A stretch of 22,352 bases of DNA from Chthoniobacteraceae bacterium. Lineage in GTDB: Bacteria; Verrucomicrobiota; Verrucomicrobiia; Chthoniobacterales; Chthoniobacteraceae. A program made the position numbers and the translations under genes. Positions 9,107 to 17,496 of the stretch are shown here, piece by piece (the first letter of the stretch is position 1; the number at the start of each line of letters is the position of its first letter). The stretch spans positions 1 to 22,352 of the forward strand of contig JANNXQ010000271.1 of assembly GCA_031409655.1 (NCBI GenBank). The letters run 5' to 3'. The notes below the pieces were generated by a model that saw only the letters and a list, made by a program, of their open reading frames with translations, was not told the origin of the DNA and ran no database searches.

Positions 9107-9964
9107 CTACGATATGGGCAGGGAAGTCGCCAGCGCCGTGGCCTCTTGCGCGATGTCTTTTGCCGTGACGGGGTAGAGGCCGAATTCGTGGCGGATGGCT
9201 TCGGTCACCACTGCGGGCCGATACTTTAGCGCTTTCTGAATCAGCCGAGGGAGCGCTGGGCTCAAAATTTTCCGCCAGAGACTGCGCTGGATGTGCGAGG
9301 TGGTGTCGGCCGTCATGTAAATGTTGTCGCCGTTGGCAATGCTGTAGATCGCGCCCGGAAAGGGCAGTGGGACCAGCGGAGCACGATCGAAGCAATGCGC
9401 GTAAAAGTCGGGATTTTCGAACTGGAGATGCCGCTGATCAAAGCGCACCAACGCGGAGCTGCCGCACGCCTGGTTGAAGTTTTTTCCATTGAGATACAGG
9501 CACTGCCCGCCTTCGGGATAGATGAACCCTTTCTGGAAAAACCAGCCCGGAACCTCGGGGTGTGTTGCCACAAATTCGACGAGTCGATGACTGACGCAAT
9601 CGTCGGCATCGACCACCATGCTGTGGGTCGGGTGATAGCGCGTGCCGTAGTCGAGGCCGGCGCGCACTTTGCGAGCTTTGTCCGCATTTTTACGGGCCAT
9701 CTCCACGCTCAAGGCATAGTCGTAGCCGGTGGCCAGCACTTCGTCGGGTCGGCGTTGTTCGGGTGCTGGAAAATCCACCTCGAGGTATTCCAGGTGCGGG
9801 TGCGTAAAGCCGGTCGGTGGGCGCTCATTGCAGACCACGACCACGCGGAAGTCAGCCACCGTCTGCGCACAGACGGACCGGACGCAGCGCTCGAACAGGC
9901 GTCCGGCGAGCAGCCAATTGCGCGAGAGCTTTGGGCTTTTGACTGGGATGACGAAAAGAATCAT
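9107..9964 (-). CDS. GT-A fold glycosyltransferase (family 2-like)
   Basis: FVIP, SVCAQT..DFRVVVVC, DK..K, MVVDADD (DxD) and CGSS motifs. Confidence 0.78.
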   Translation of the reverse strand: MILFVIPVKSPKLSRNWLLAGRLFERCVRSVCAQTVADFRVVVVCNERPPTGFTHPHLEYLEVDFPAPEQRRPDEVLATGYDYALSVEMARKNADKARKVRAGLDYGTRYHPTHSMVVDADDCVSHRLVEFVATHPEVPGWFFQKGFIYPEGGQCLYLNGKNFNQACGSSALVRFDQRHLQFENPDFYAHCFDRAPLVPLPFPGAIYSIANGDNIYMTADTTSHIQRSLWRKILSPALPRLIQKALKYRPAVVTEAIRHEFGLYPVTAKDIAQEATALATSLPIS

Positions 9965-10016
9965 TAGGCTGCGCAGATCAAAGGAGCACGATCAAAGGCC
10001 ATTTGCGAAGTGCTCA

Positions 10017-10721
10017 TCAACGGGAAAGACGGTCGGTGGGTTGGATGAATTCTTCAAGCGTCTGCAGCGAAGCAATCGCTCTTTCGGCATCCTCTCCGGG
10101 CGCGGAGCGGTAGTCGGTGTGTTCCCCTCCCTCCCGCTGGATGCGCACGGTGCGCCAGCCGAGCGCGCGCGGTGCGAGGAAGTCTTTCCGGGGATTGTCG
10201 CCCACATACACGAATCCCTCCGGACTCCCGGGAAAATGCCGCATCACCCGGAGGTAGGGTTCCGGGCTGGGTTTCCAAAATTCCCGTCCGAGTTCATCGG
10301 TGACGATGCGACAGGGGATGTGCGGCTCCAGGCCGAGCGCGCGAATCTTGCGCCGCTGCACCGCGGCGTATCCATCCGTGATCAGGCCCAGGCGATACCC
10401 GCGCGCGGCCCAGACGAGCGCCGCGACGGCATCTGCTGGCAAGCTGAGGGCAGGCTCATGGTCGCGATAGACGGCGACGAGGCGCTCGATCGTCGCGGGT
10501 GTCGCCGCGACGCCGAGTTCTGCGAGTGCCGCATCAAAGACCCGGCCCCGAAGCCCCCCGGCAAAGATCCGCCCGGCGCGCTCGGCAAAACCGCTGACGC
10601 CCTTTTCGCTCGTCAGCCAGCGATCCGCCGCCGCGAAGCCGCTGAGCACGAAATCGCGCTCGAGGTAGAGAGTGTCGTCGAGATCGAAGACGACGGTATG
10701 CACCCGCCATGGCTCACTCAT
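10017..10721 (-). CDS. HAD family hydrolase
   Basis: VVFDLDDTLY, LITDG, KP and YVGDN..KDF motifs. ATG at 10721 overlaps the ATP-grasp stop (ATGAGTGA). Confidence 0.92.
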   Translation of the reverse strand: MSEPWRVHTVVFDLDDTLYLERDFVLSGFAAADRWLTSEKGVSGFAERAGRIFAGGLRGRVFDAALAELGVAATPATIERLVAVYRDHEPALSLPADAVAALVWAARGYRLGLITDGYAAVQRRKIRALGLEPHIPCRIVTDELGREFWKPSPEPYLRVMRHFPGSPEGFVYVGDNPRKDFLAPRALGWRTVRIQREGGEHTDYRSAPGEDAERAIASLQTLEEFIQPTDRLSR

Positions 10722-11673
10722 CGACGAAAACCGCGGCGTCATAGCGCAGCATCATCACCCCAGCCCGCCAGTCATTGTGGGCGGAAAGCGGTCGGCCACA
10801 CGCCTCCTCCAGCAGCCACTGCGACATCCGCGCTCCAGCGCGATGCGAGAGCGGAAAGCCCCCGCCAAAACGCCCGTTGATTTCAAACACCGCAATCTCG
10901 CCGGACGGCGCGATGATCGCCTGAAAACAGAGCGGCCCGCGCGCTCCGGGGAGTGCCGCAGCCAGCTTTTGCGCCGCGTCTTCGAGCGCAGGAATACGCT
11001 CGGTGACGCCCTTGCTCACTTCTCCGGCGCGCACTTCCAAGCGCTCATGGGGAACCGCGCAATGCAATCGTCCAGCACGATCAAAGAAGACATTTACCGT
11101 GTATTCGCGGCCTTGCCAGAGCTCCTGCACGATGTAGCCCTCTGGATGCAAATCGGCCAGCGCGCTGGGGTGCTGGGGGCGGACGATTCCGACGGAGGCG
11201 CTGCCGGAGTTTGGCTTGGCGATCACCGGCTGCGGCAGGGCCGAAGGGTCGCGCAGATAGTCCGCCAAGGTGAGCGTCTGCGGCGTCGGAATCCCAGCCG
11301 CCACGAGACGTGCAGCGGTGCCGAGCTTATCCTGGCAGAGGGCGACGACATCCGGCATGGAAACGACGACGTGGGTGCCGAGGGCGGCAAATTTCGCCCG
11401 CTGCTCAGCCAGCACCACCAGTTCGGGGTCGATCGTCGGAATCAGCAGGCTGACCTCCTGGTCCGCACAGATCTCGAGCAGACGCGGCACGTAACCGGGG
11501 TCGGTGCAGGGAGGAACGGCAAAGCGCGCATCGGCCTGGAGACAGGCAGGGCTACTTTCCGGTAGGTGGTCCGCGGCCAGGACGCGCAGGGGGATGCCGA
11601 GCCGCACCGCATCTTCCCGGAAGCATTCGATCAAATGGTTGCGGCGCCCAGCCGAGGTGACGATCAAGTTCAT
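10714..11673 (-). CDS. ATP-grasp domain protein (carbamoyl-phosphate-synthase-like, polysaccharide-locus type)
   Basis: TSAGRR, LIPTIDPEL, CQDK, IAKP..GSASVG, IVQE...GREYTV and FEINGRFGGGFP motifs. Confidence 0.9.
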   Translation of the reverse strand: MNLIVTSAGRRNHLIECFREDAVRLGIPLRVLAADHLPESSPACLQADARFAVPPCTDPGYVPRLLEICADQEVSLLIPTIDPELVVLAEQRAKFAALGTHVVVSMPDVVALCQDKLGTAARLVAAGIPTPQTLTLADYLRDPSALPQPVIAKPNSGSASVGIVRPQHPSALADLHPEGYIVQELWQGREYTVNVFFDRAGRLHCAVPHERLEVRAGEVSKGVTERIPALEDAAQKLAAALPGARGPLCFQAIIAPSGEIAVFEINGRFGGGFPLSHRAGARMSQWLLEEACGRPLSAHNDWRAGVMMLRYDAAVFVDE

Positions 11674-11710
11674 GTCTTCAGGGAGTCGAACAGATCACAG
11701 AAAACGGGCG

Positions 11711-11737
11711 ACTATATATTTCAGATTTGGGTCTCAA
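11711..11737 (-). promoter_or_regulatory. Possible sigma70 promoter for the ATP-grasp cluster
   Basis: Minus-strand TTGAGA-N15-TATAGT in an AT-rich patch about 40 nt upstream of the ATG; the spacer is short. Confidence 0.3.
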
Positions 11738-11923
11738 GCGCGGAAGGGTCTCAGTTCCCGCGTGGACGGTGCCGGAGCCGCCGCTCTCGCGGGCGCCCCG
11801 CCACAAGACGCGAGAACCCTTGCCAAAGCACCTCGTGAGCCACTTCGAAGCGCCCCCCTTTTCCGCCTCGGGCGGACCGCAGTGGAAGCCAGAAGGTCAG
11901 CCACTTCGCGAGACATCGTGAAG

Positions 11924-12000
11924 TGGCGGAGCCTACGGGACTCGAACCCGCAACCTCCGCCGTGACAGGGCGGCGCTCTAACCAATTGAGCTAAGGCTCC
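11924..12000 (-). tRNA. tRNA-Asp(GTC)
   Basis: Reverse complement is GGAGCCTTAGCTCAATTGGTTAGAGCGCCGCCCTGTCACGGCGGAGGTTGCGGGTTCGAGTCCCGTAGGCTCCGCCA: 77 nt cloverleaf, GTC anticodon, TTCGA T-loop, encoded CCA. Confidence 0.98.
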
Positions 12001-12017
12001 TTTGAAAGGAGGGCGGG

Positions 12018-12046
12018 AGACTAGGGCGCGTGCCTGGGAGCGGCAA
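12018..12046 (-). promoter_or_regulatory. Sigma70-type promoter of tRNA-Asp
   Basis: Minus-strand TTGCCG-N17-TAGTCT followed by a GC-rich discriminator (CCCGCCC), 17 nt upstream of the tRNA. Confidence 0.65.
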
Positions 12047-12160
12047 CGACTTTTTCGGGGAAAATTTGGCCGCAGCTCCCGCCGCCAAATCGTCGTCCGA
12101 AAGGTGATGATTCCGCTCGGCAATTCGGCGGCGAGGGCCTCCTCAGAGAGCCAGCTTCCG

Positions 12161-15100
12161 CTACGGTGGAGCCTTGGTCTTGAAGGCAATCTTGTTCGCC
12201 TGGCAAAATTCCCGCGCCCTCGGGTCGCTCTTTTCCGCGGCGCGGATCATGAGATCACGAGCTTCCGCGGGCATGGATGAGGGGGAACTTGTACCCTTCA
12301 AATAGACGGCATAATTGTACATGCACGAGGGCTCGCCCCGCTCTTTCCCTTCCTTGAAATACGCGATGGCTTCCTTTTCATCCTTCTTCCCCCCGACGCC
12401 CGCGAGTGCGGCTCTCGCGAGTTGCTGGTAGGCGACGATGCGGTCGCTTTTCGCCTCCGTCAGGAGTTGCCGGATTCTTTTTCCGTGATCGATGGTCTTC
12501 GCTTCCTCCCGATACCACGCTGGGCGGTCGGCAGCCGGTGCGGTTTCCAGATCCAGGTAGAAGGTGGCGAGTGCGACCTTTGCGCTGTTCGGCCGAGTCT
12601 CTCCGGTATCGGCGCGTCCAGCGTCCGCGTGCGCTTCCGGCACCGTGGAATCGCTGACCGTGGCCACCACTTCCTCGAGCAGCTTCACACCCCGAAGTTC
12701 GTCTCGCTCTAATCCTTGCACTGGCTTGGGTGGATCGCCCATCGTTCCGTAAAGATAGCATTCGGAAGCGGAGATCTTCCCGTCCAAGTCTCCCGCGTTC
12801 GCGGCGGTGAGGAAGTGTTGCCAGGCCTTTTTGAGGTTGTCGGGCGTGGGGCTCATCTTTGCGAGCACGAGGCCGATGCGGGTGTGGGCCTTCGGCGTCA
12901 ATGGGCTCGCCTTTTCATACCAGCCGATGGCTTTGCCCCAATCGCTGTCGGTGTAATGCTGGCCGAGGAGCATCATCGCCGCCGGCACGCCGAGAGTCGC
13001 GGCGGCTTCGGCTTCATCTACGAGCGCCTCGACTTGCGTTCTCGTGACTTGCGTCAGGCGATCCGTGCGTGGGGTGTAGTGCCAGCGGATTTCCCGGAAA
13101 AGGCGCTCAAGGTCGAAGATCGCGGCGGATTTGAATTCCGGAAAGTCACGGGGCAAGGCAACGAGCAGCTTGGCGGCATCTTCCCAAAGCTGTTTCTTGC
13201 GGAGATCGTCAGCTTGGTCCGATCGCTGGCGCGCTATCTCCGTCCGACTGGGACCAGGAGGTGGCGTCGCCGGGGGCGGTGTGGCGGGTGGCGGCGTGGC
13301 GACAGGCGCGGGCGGGGGAGTGGCGGGGGCGGGCTTTGGGGCGGGCTTTGGGGTGGGCACCGGAGTGGCTTCCGGGGTGGTGACGGCAATTTTTGAGGAA
13401 GGCTCCGCCAGCGGAGTTGCGGGCGGAGCGCTCTCCTCGGAAGGTTTCTGCGGAGCGGGCTGGGTGCGGTAATGATAGAACCAGGCAGCACTAGCGGTGA
13501 GGACGGCGAGGGTGGCAGCGGCGACTAAACCACGGCCCCGGGAGCGCGACGGGAGCTGCCACTCCCCAGATGCGACCGGCGATTCCACAGCAGCACTCTC
13601 TTCTGGCACGATCGCGGGTTCCTCTGGGGGAAGAGCAGGTGTTTCATCCCCCAATTCCTGAGATGGAGTCGCGGGTTCCGCCGAGATGCCGCTCGCCTCC
13701 GATCCTACGGTTGAGGCAGCGCGCGGCGGTTCGTTTGCTTGCGTGCCGAGCGCCTTCCGATCGGCTGGCAGCGTGGGTGCGCGAAACGTCGGAATCGGCG
13801 CGGCCTCCGTTTGCCCGCGGATGATTTGCTCGATGAGCGCGGTGGCCGTGGGGAATTGCCCGGGGTCGCGCAGCGCAGTGCGCAGGACTTTGTTTGCGAC
13901 TTCCGAAAGGGCGGGGAGCGGGGGGAAGCCGGGGGCGGTGGTGATGCCACCCAGAGTTTCGTAGGCGACTTCGGCGAGGCTGCGGATCGCGCCAGAGACG
14001 CCGGTGATCGGACTCCCGGCGCCGCCAGCAAGGGTGCCGTCGCCGACCCACGTGGCGTCATTTGAAAGCGAGCGCAGGACGCCGAGCGGCGACACTTTCA
14101 CGTTCGTGGGCGGAGCATCGGGCGTCGGCGCTTCGCACCACAAGCCAGCGAGCGTGACATCGGGCTGGTCGATCTTCGCCGCGAGGATGGCGTCGATCCC
14201 GCGGGCGGCTTGCGCGAGCAGGGGAAGGGCAGCGGCGGGTTCCAGTTCGCGCCGGCGGCGGAGGAGCTCGCGCCAGGGATAACCTTCACTCCACGCCATC
14301 ACGATCCGCAGGCCATCGCCATCGGTCTCCAGCGCATGCACTTTCCAAACTTGCTCGTGCTCAATCTGCCGCGCGCAGGCGATCGTCTCCCGCAGATGCA
14401 CCAGCGAGGCGTCGTCGAGTTCCCGTTGGGCACCGAGCCGCAGGATGGCGAAATCCGTGCCAGTGGTCCGCTCACGGGCGCGGCAGAGCTGGCCAAAGCC
14501 AAACTCCGCGACGGTGTCGGCGGCATCGAATTGCGACTCGCCTGGGGTGAAACGCACCTCGGGAGCGATGATCGTCTCGGCTGTTTCGACGACGCTCGGT
14601 TGCGGAGGCGTGGCCGGCACGGATTTCCGCTCGGCCCGCGCCTCCGTCCCGGGGAGATCTTCTTCGCAACGCTCGAGGTCGTGCCGCAGATCGAGCGCGG
14701 ACTGCGGACGCGCCGCTGGATTTTTCGCCAGCATCCGCTCCAGGATCTGCCGCGTGGCCGGGCTCACCACGCCATCGAGTTGCTCGAAAGGCGGCGCCTT
14801 GTGCAGATGCTGCGAGAGTACGCTGACGACCGAGCCTGTGAAAGGCACGCGCCCCGTGAGCAGGAACCAGAGGGTGACGCCGAGCGAGTAGATGTCGGAA
14901 CGGATGTCGAGTTCGTGCTGCTCGAGCTGCTCGGGGCTCGCGTAGTAGGGCGTGCCGACGAAACCGCTGTGCGTGACCGCAGCGAGATCTTCATCGCTCT
15001 CGTCGCCTTTGAAAGTGCGCGCGAGACCGAAGTCGATGACCTTCAGTTGCCACTCGTCGCTGTCCCGCGCGAGCATCAGATTCGACGGCTTGATGTCGCG

Positions 15101-15514
15101 ATGCACGAGACCGAGCGCGGCGGCGGCATTCAGCGCGCGGGCGGCTTGGATGGCGAGGGTGAGGACGGTCGGCTCGGGCAGGGGACCCTCGCATTTCACG
15201 AGCGCCTCGGCAGTGTCGCCGTCCACAAATTCCATCGCGTAAAACCAGTTCTCACCCTCCTGGCCGAGATGATAGACCGCCGCGATATGCGGGTGCCGCA
15301 GCCGCGCTGCCGCCCGCGCTTCGCGGACGAATCTTTGCGCGACGAGTTCGCTGTCGAGCTGGCGCGGATGGATGACCTTCAGCGCGACCGGGACGCGCAG
15401 GTTCTTGTCGAGCGCTTTGTAGGTGACGCCCATCGCGCCGCGACCCAGCTCCCACGGCGAGCCATCAGCGCGCACGAGCACTTCGTAGTGCTGAAAGGTG
15501 ATCGTCGCGGGCAT
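12161..15514 (-). CDS. Hanks-type Ser/Thr protein kinase with a second degenerate kinase domain, TM helix, Pro-rich linker and Sel1-like repeats
   Basis: LGRGAMG, VALK, HRDIKPSN, DFG, YASPEQ and DIYSLG motifs; TM GLVAAATLAVLTASAAWFY; ATPPP repeats; AMMLLG..Y/AIGWYEKA and CMYNYA..L Sel1-like motifs. Start assigned to ATG 15514. Confidence 0.9.
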   Translation of the reverse strand: MPATITFQHYEVLVRADGSPWELGRGAMGVTYKALDKNLRVPVALKVIHPRQLDSELVAQRFVREARAAARLRHPHIAAVYHLGQEGENWFYAMEFVDGDTAEALVKCEGPLPEPTVLTLAIQAARALNAAAALGLVHRDIKPSNLMLARDSDEWQLKVIDFGLARTFKGDESDEDLAAVTHSGFVGTPYYASPEQLEQHELDIRSDIYSLGVTLWFLLTGRVPFTGSVVSVLSQHLHKAPPFEQLDGVVSPATRQILERMLAKNPAARPQSALDLRHDLERCEEDLPGTEARAERKSVPATPPQPSVVETAETIIAPEVRFTPGESQFDAADTVAEFGFGQLCRARERTTGTDFAILRLGAQRELDDASLVHLRETIACARQIEHEQVWKVHALETDGDGLRIVMAWSEGYPWRELLRRRRELEPAAALPLLAQAARGIDAILAAKIDQPDVTLAGLWCEAPTPDAPPTNVKVSPLGVLRSLSNDATWVGDGTLAGGAGSPITGVSGAIRSLAEVAYETLGGITTAPGFPPLPALSEVANKVLRTALRDPGQFPTATALIEQIIRGQTEAAPIPTFRAPTLPADRKALGTQANEPPRAASTVGSEASGISAEPATPSQELGDETPALPPEEPAIVPEESAAVESPVASGEWQLPSRSRGRGLVAAATLAVLTASAAWFYHYRTQPAPQKPSEESAPPATPLAEPSSKIAVTTPEATPVPTPKPAPKPAPATPPPAPVATPPPATPPPATPPPGPSRTEIARQRSDQADDLRKKQLWEDAAKLLVALPRDFPEFKSAAIFDLERLFREIRWHYTPRTDRLTQVTRTQVEALVDEAEAAATLGVPAAMMLLGQHYTDSDWGKAIGWYEKASPLTPKAHTRIGLVLAKMSPTPDNLKKAWQHFLTAANAGDLDGKISASECYLYGTMGDPPKPVQGLERDELRGVKLLEEVVATVSDSTVPEAHADAGRADTGETRPNSAKVALATFYLDLETAPAADRPAWYREEAKTIDHGKRIRQLLTEAKSDRIVAYQQLARAALAGVGGKKDEKEAIAYFKEGKERGEPSCMYNYAVYLKGTSSPSSMPAEARDLMIRAAEKSDPRAREFCQANKIAFKTKAPP

Positions 15515-15678
15515 CGAGAAGGAGAAGTTAGCCAAGGACGCCCGACGTGCGCCAGCACGGAGCTGGGAGCGCCGCCGTCCCGTGCGGCCGCGAAACCTCC
15601 GCGCTTTTGCGCCTCTTCAAATGGAGGTGCGGCTTCGCCGATAGAAGAACTCCCGCGCGCGGACGGCGGCGCTCCCGG

Positions 15679-16326
15679 CTAGTAAGTCGTCGAGCCCACG
15701 TAGCGCACCGTGCTCGTATCAAACTTCACCGTCTCGCCGGGCTGCGGCTCGTCCTCGATGTCGTACACTTCATTGCCCACGATGCGGCGCGCTTGCACGT
15801 CGTAGATCATCACGGCGGCTTCCGCATTTGGGGCGGTCTTGTCATCCTTCACGGTGCGCACGGCGATGCGGGCCGGGAGCTTCTTCTTTGGCTTGGTCGG
15901 CTCGGGCTCGGGCTCCGGTTCGGGTTCAGGCACCGCTGCCACCTTCTTCTCAGGAGCCTTGTCCTTCGATCCCGAGGTCCGCTTTGCCGGCGGGGAAACG
16001 CTGGCCGTCTTCTTCCGAGGAGCGGACTTTTTCCGCGGCACGGTCTTCGGCTTCTCGGTTGCGATCTGACGTTCGAGCGCCGCCACGGCCCGCTCGGCAT
16101 TTCGCTCGGCTACCGCCCGCTGTTGCGGCGTCGCCTGATGCCGCGCAAGGATAACCACCGCACGCACCAGCGCGGCACCTTGGAAGCCCGTGCCTTCCCC
16201 CGCCGCGGAGTCGTCAAAGAGCTCCGCAAACGAGGGTCCGCCCGCGCAACCCGCGAGCGAGCCGCAGACCGCGAGCGACAGCGCCACCCGCCACACTTTC
16301 CGCACCGCGCTCGCGAGCCGGCGCAT
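15679..16326 (-). CDS. Putative lipoprotein of unknown function
   Basis: MRRLASAVRKVWRVALSLAVCGSLAGC (lipobox LAG-C), Lys/Pro/Glu-rich linker with (PE)n, compact C-terminal beta domain; starts 4 nt after the upstream gene's stop. Confidence 0.75.
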   Translation of the reverse strand: MRRLASAVRKVWRVALSLAVCGSLAGCAGGPSFAELFDDSAAGEGTGFQGAALVRAVVILARHQATPQQRAVAERNAERAVAALERQIATEKPKTVPRKKSAPRKKTASVSPPAKRTSGSKDKAPEKKVAAVPEPEPEPEPEPTKPKKKLPARIAVRTVKDDKTAPNAEAAVMIYDVQARRIVGNEVYDIEDEPQPGETVKFDTSTVRYVGSTTY

Positions 16327-16330
16327 GGCC

Positions 16331-17167
16331 TTAGAATTTGAACCCAAGGCCAACCCCGCTGTACAGGCCGAGTTCTTTTTCGTTGCCGTTCTGGATCATC
16401 GCGACGCTCAGGTTTACGGCTTTCAGGCGCCATTGGAGACCGAAGGCATAGGGGAGACGCTTCAGATTGCCGGTCGGGCTCTTGCCTTGCGTGGCGATTT
16501 CACCCACGACGTAGAGCCGCGCCGGGAGCTGAAATTCACCGCCAAAGTACCCGTCCACGGAATTCGATTCGGCGGCATCTTCATGGAACCACGAGGCCCG
16601 CACGCCCGCGTGAAAGCCGATCGACCGCAGGAACCCCGTGTCCGAAATCGCGAAGCGCTCGTAGGCAGCGAGGAAGGCGGTGGTCTGCCCGAGGATGTTC
16701 GTGCCGTACTTGCCGTAGGCGCCGATGCTGAGTTGCGGCACCCAGCCTTCGTTCTTGAGCAGGCGGATGCGGACGAGCGGTCCGCCTTGACCAAACTCGC
16801 GTTCGTTCAGCGAGTCCCGGTTGGCGTCGATGTAGTTGCCGATCGCACCCACTTCCAGCCAGTCCGTGAAGCCGTAGCTGGTCATCACGCCATTGCCGAT
16901 CGTCTCGCTGTCGGTGTTTGGGAAGAAGAGGCAATATTGAAAAGTGTAGGCACCCTTGGGCAGCGTCGCCGAAGTGGGGTTGATGAACATGCCCGAGGGA
17001 CCTTCGAGCGTGATGAGGCCGCGTCCGGCTTCATATTGCTCCATGACGACAGGCTCTTTGCTTACTTTGCCATCCGAAGAGCTCTGGCCTGCGGATGCTG
17101 AATGAGAGATGGCGATGGCCGCAAATGCTGCGCCGACGAGGGGGAGGAAACGAGTGGTGGGTGTCAT
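16331..17167 (-). CDS. Putative outer-membrane beta-barrel protein
   Basis: Sec signal peptide, DGKVSKEPVV low-complexity motif, EGPSGMFINPT (YjbH-like start), alternating amphipathic strands, C-terminal GLGFKF. Confidence 0.75.
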   Translation of the reverse strand: MTPTTRFLPLVGAAFAAIAISHSASAGQSSSDGKVSKEPVVMEQYEAGRGLITLEGPSGMFINPTSATLPKGAYTFQYCLFFPNTDSETIGNGVMTSYGFTDWLEVGAIGNYIDANRDSLNEREFGQGGPLVRIRLLKNEGWVPQLSIGAYGKYGTNILGQTTAFLAAYERFAISDTGFLRSIGFHAGVRASWFHEDAAESNSVDGYFGGEFQLPARLYVVGEIATQGKSPTGNLKRLPYAFGLQWRLKAVNLSVAMIQNGNEKELGLYSGVGLGFKF

Positions 17168-17353
17168 GTCTCGGCCAATTCAGACTTCCGGGAAAAGTTG
17201 TCAAGCCTCGGCTGCGCCCAGTTCCCTCGCGGAAAACGTCTCAATGCCGCCCCATCATCCCACGCAGAACGAAGCGGAGGAGAAGCTCTCAGGTCTTCTT
17301 ACTCAGCCGTGGCCTCGCCCGCCAAAACGATGCGGCCGCCGTCGAACGCTGAG

Positions 17354-17490
17354 TTTTGAAAACGCAGAGGCGCAGAGACGCGGAGGACGAAGAGAAAGAG
17401 AACGCGCGCACTATTCCATTCACCCTTCGAGGAAAGTGGGAGGATTTTTCTCTGCGTCCTCTGCGCCTCCGCGTCTCCGCGTTTTCAAAA
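17354..17490. repeat. Inverted octamer tandem repeat hairpin (CGCRGAGR), REP/MITE-like
   Basis: 44-bp arms at 17354-17397 and 17447-17490, 38/44 complementary, each made of 4 CGCRGAGR units capped by TTTTGAAAA; 49-nt loop. Confidence 0.9.
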
Positions 17491-17496
17491 AAGTCT

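Noticed and set aside
11674..12160. Integrative element at tRNA-Asp
   Set aside because: No integrase is adjacent, and I found no duplicated tRNA 3' end in the window.
13255..13385. GC-rich tandem repeats in the kinase gene and (CCCGAG)n in the lipoprotein gene
   Set aside because: These are in-frame low-complexity linkers (ATPPP, PKPA, PE) explained by the protein sequence.
14210..15682. 490-aa plus-strand ORF, and similar antisense ORFs at 9729-10880, 16190-17101, 17935-18885 and 20520-21455
   Set aside because: They are antisense to well-supported genes and carry no recognisable motifs.
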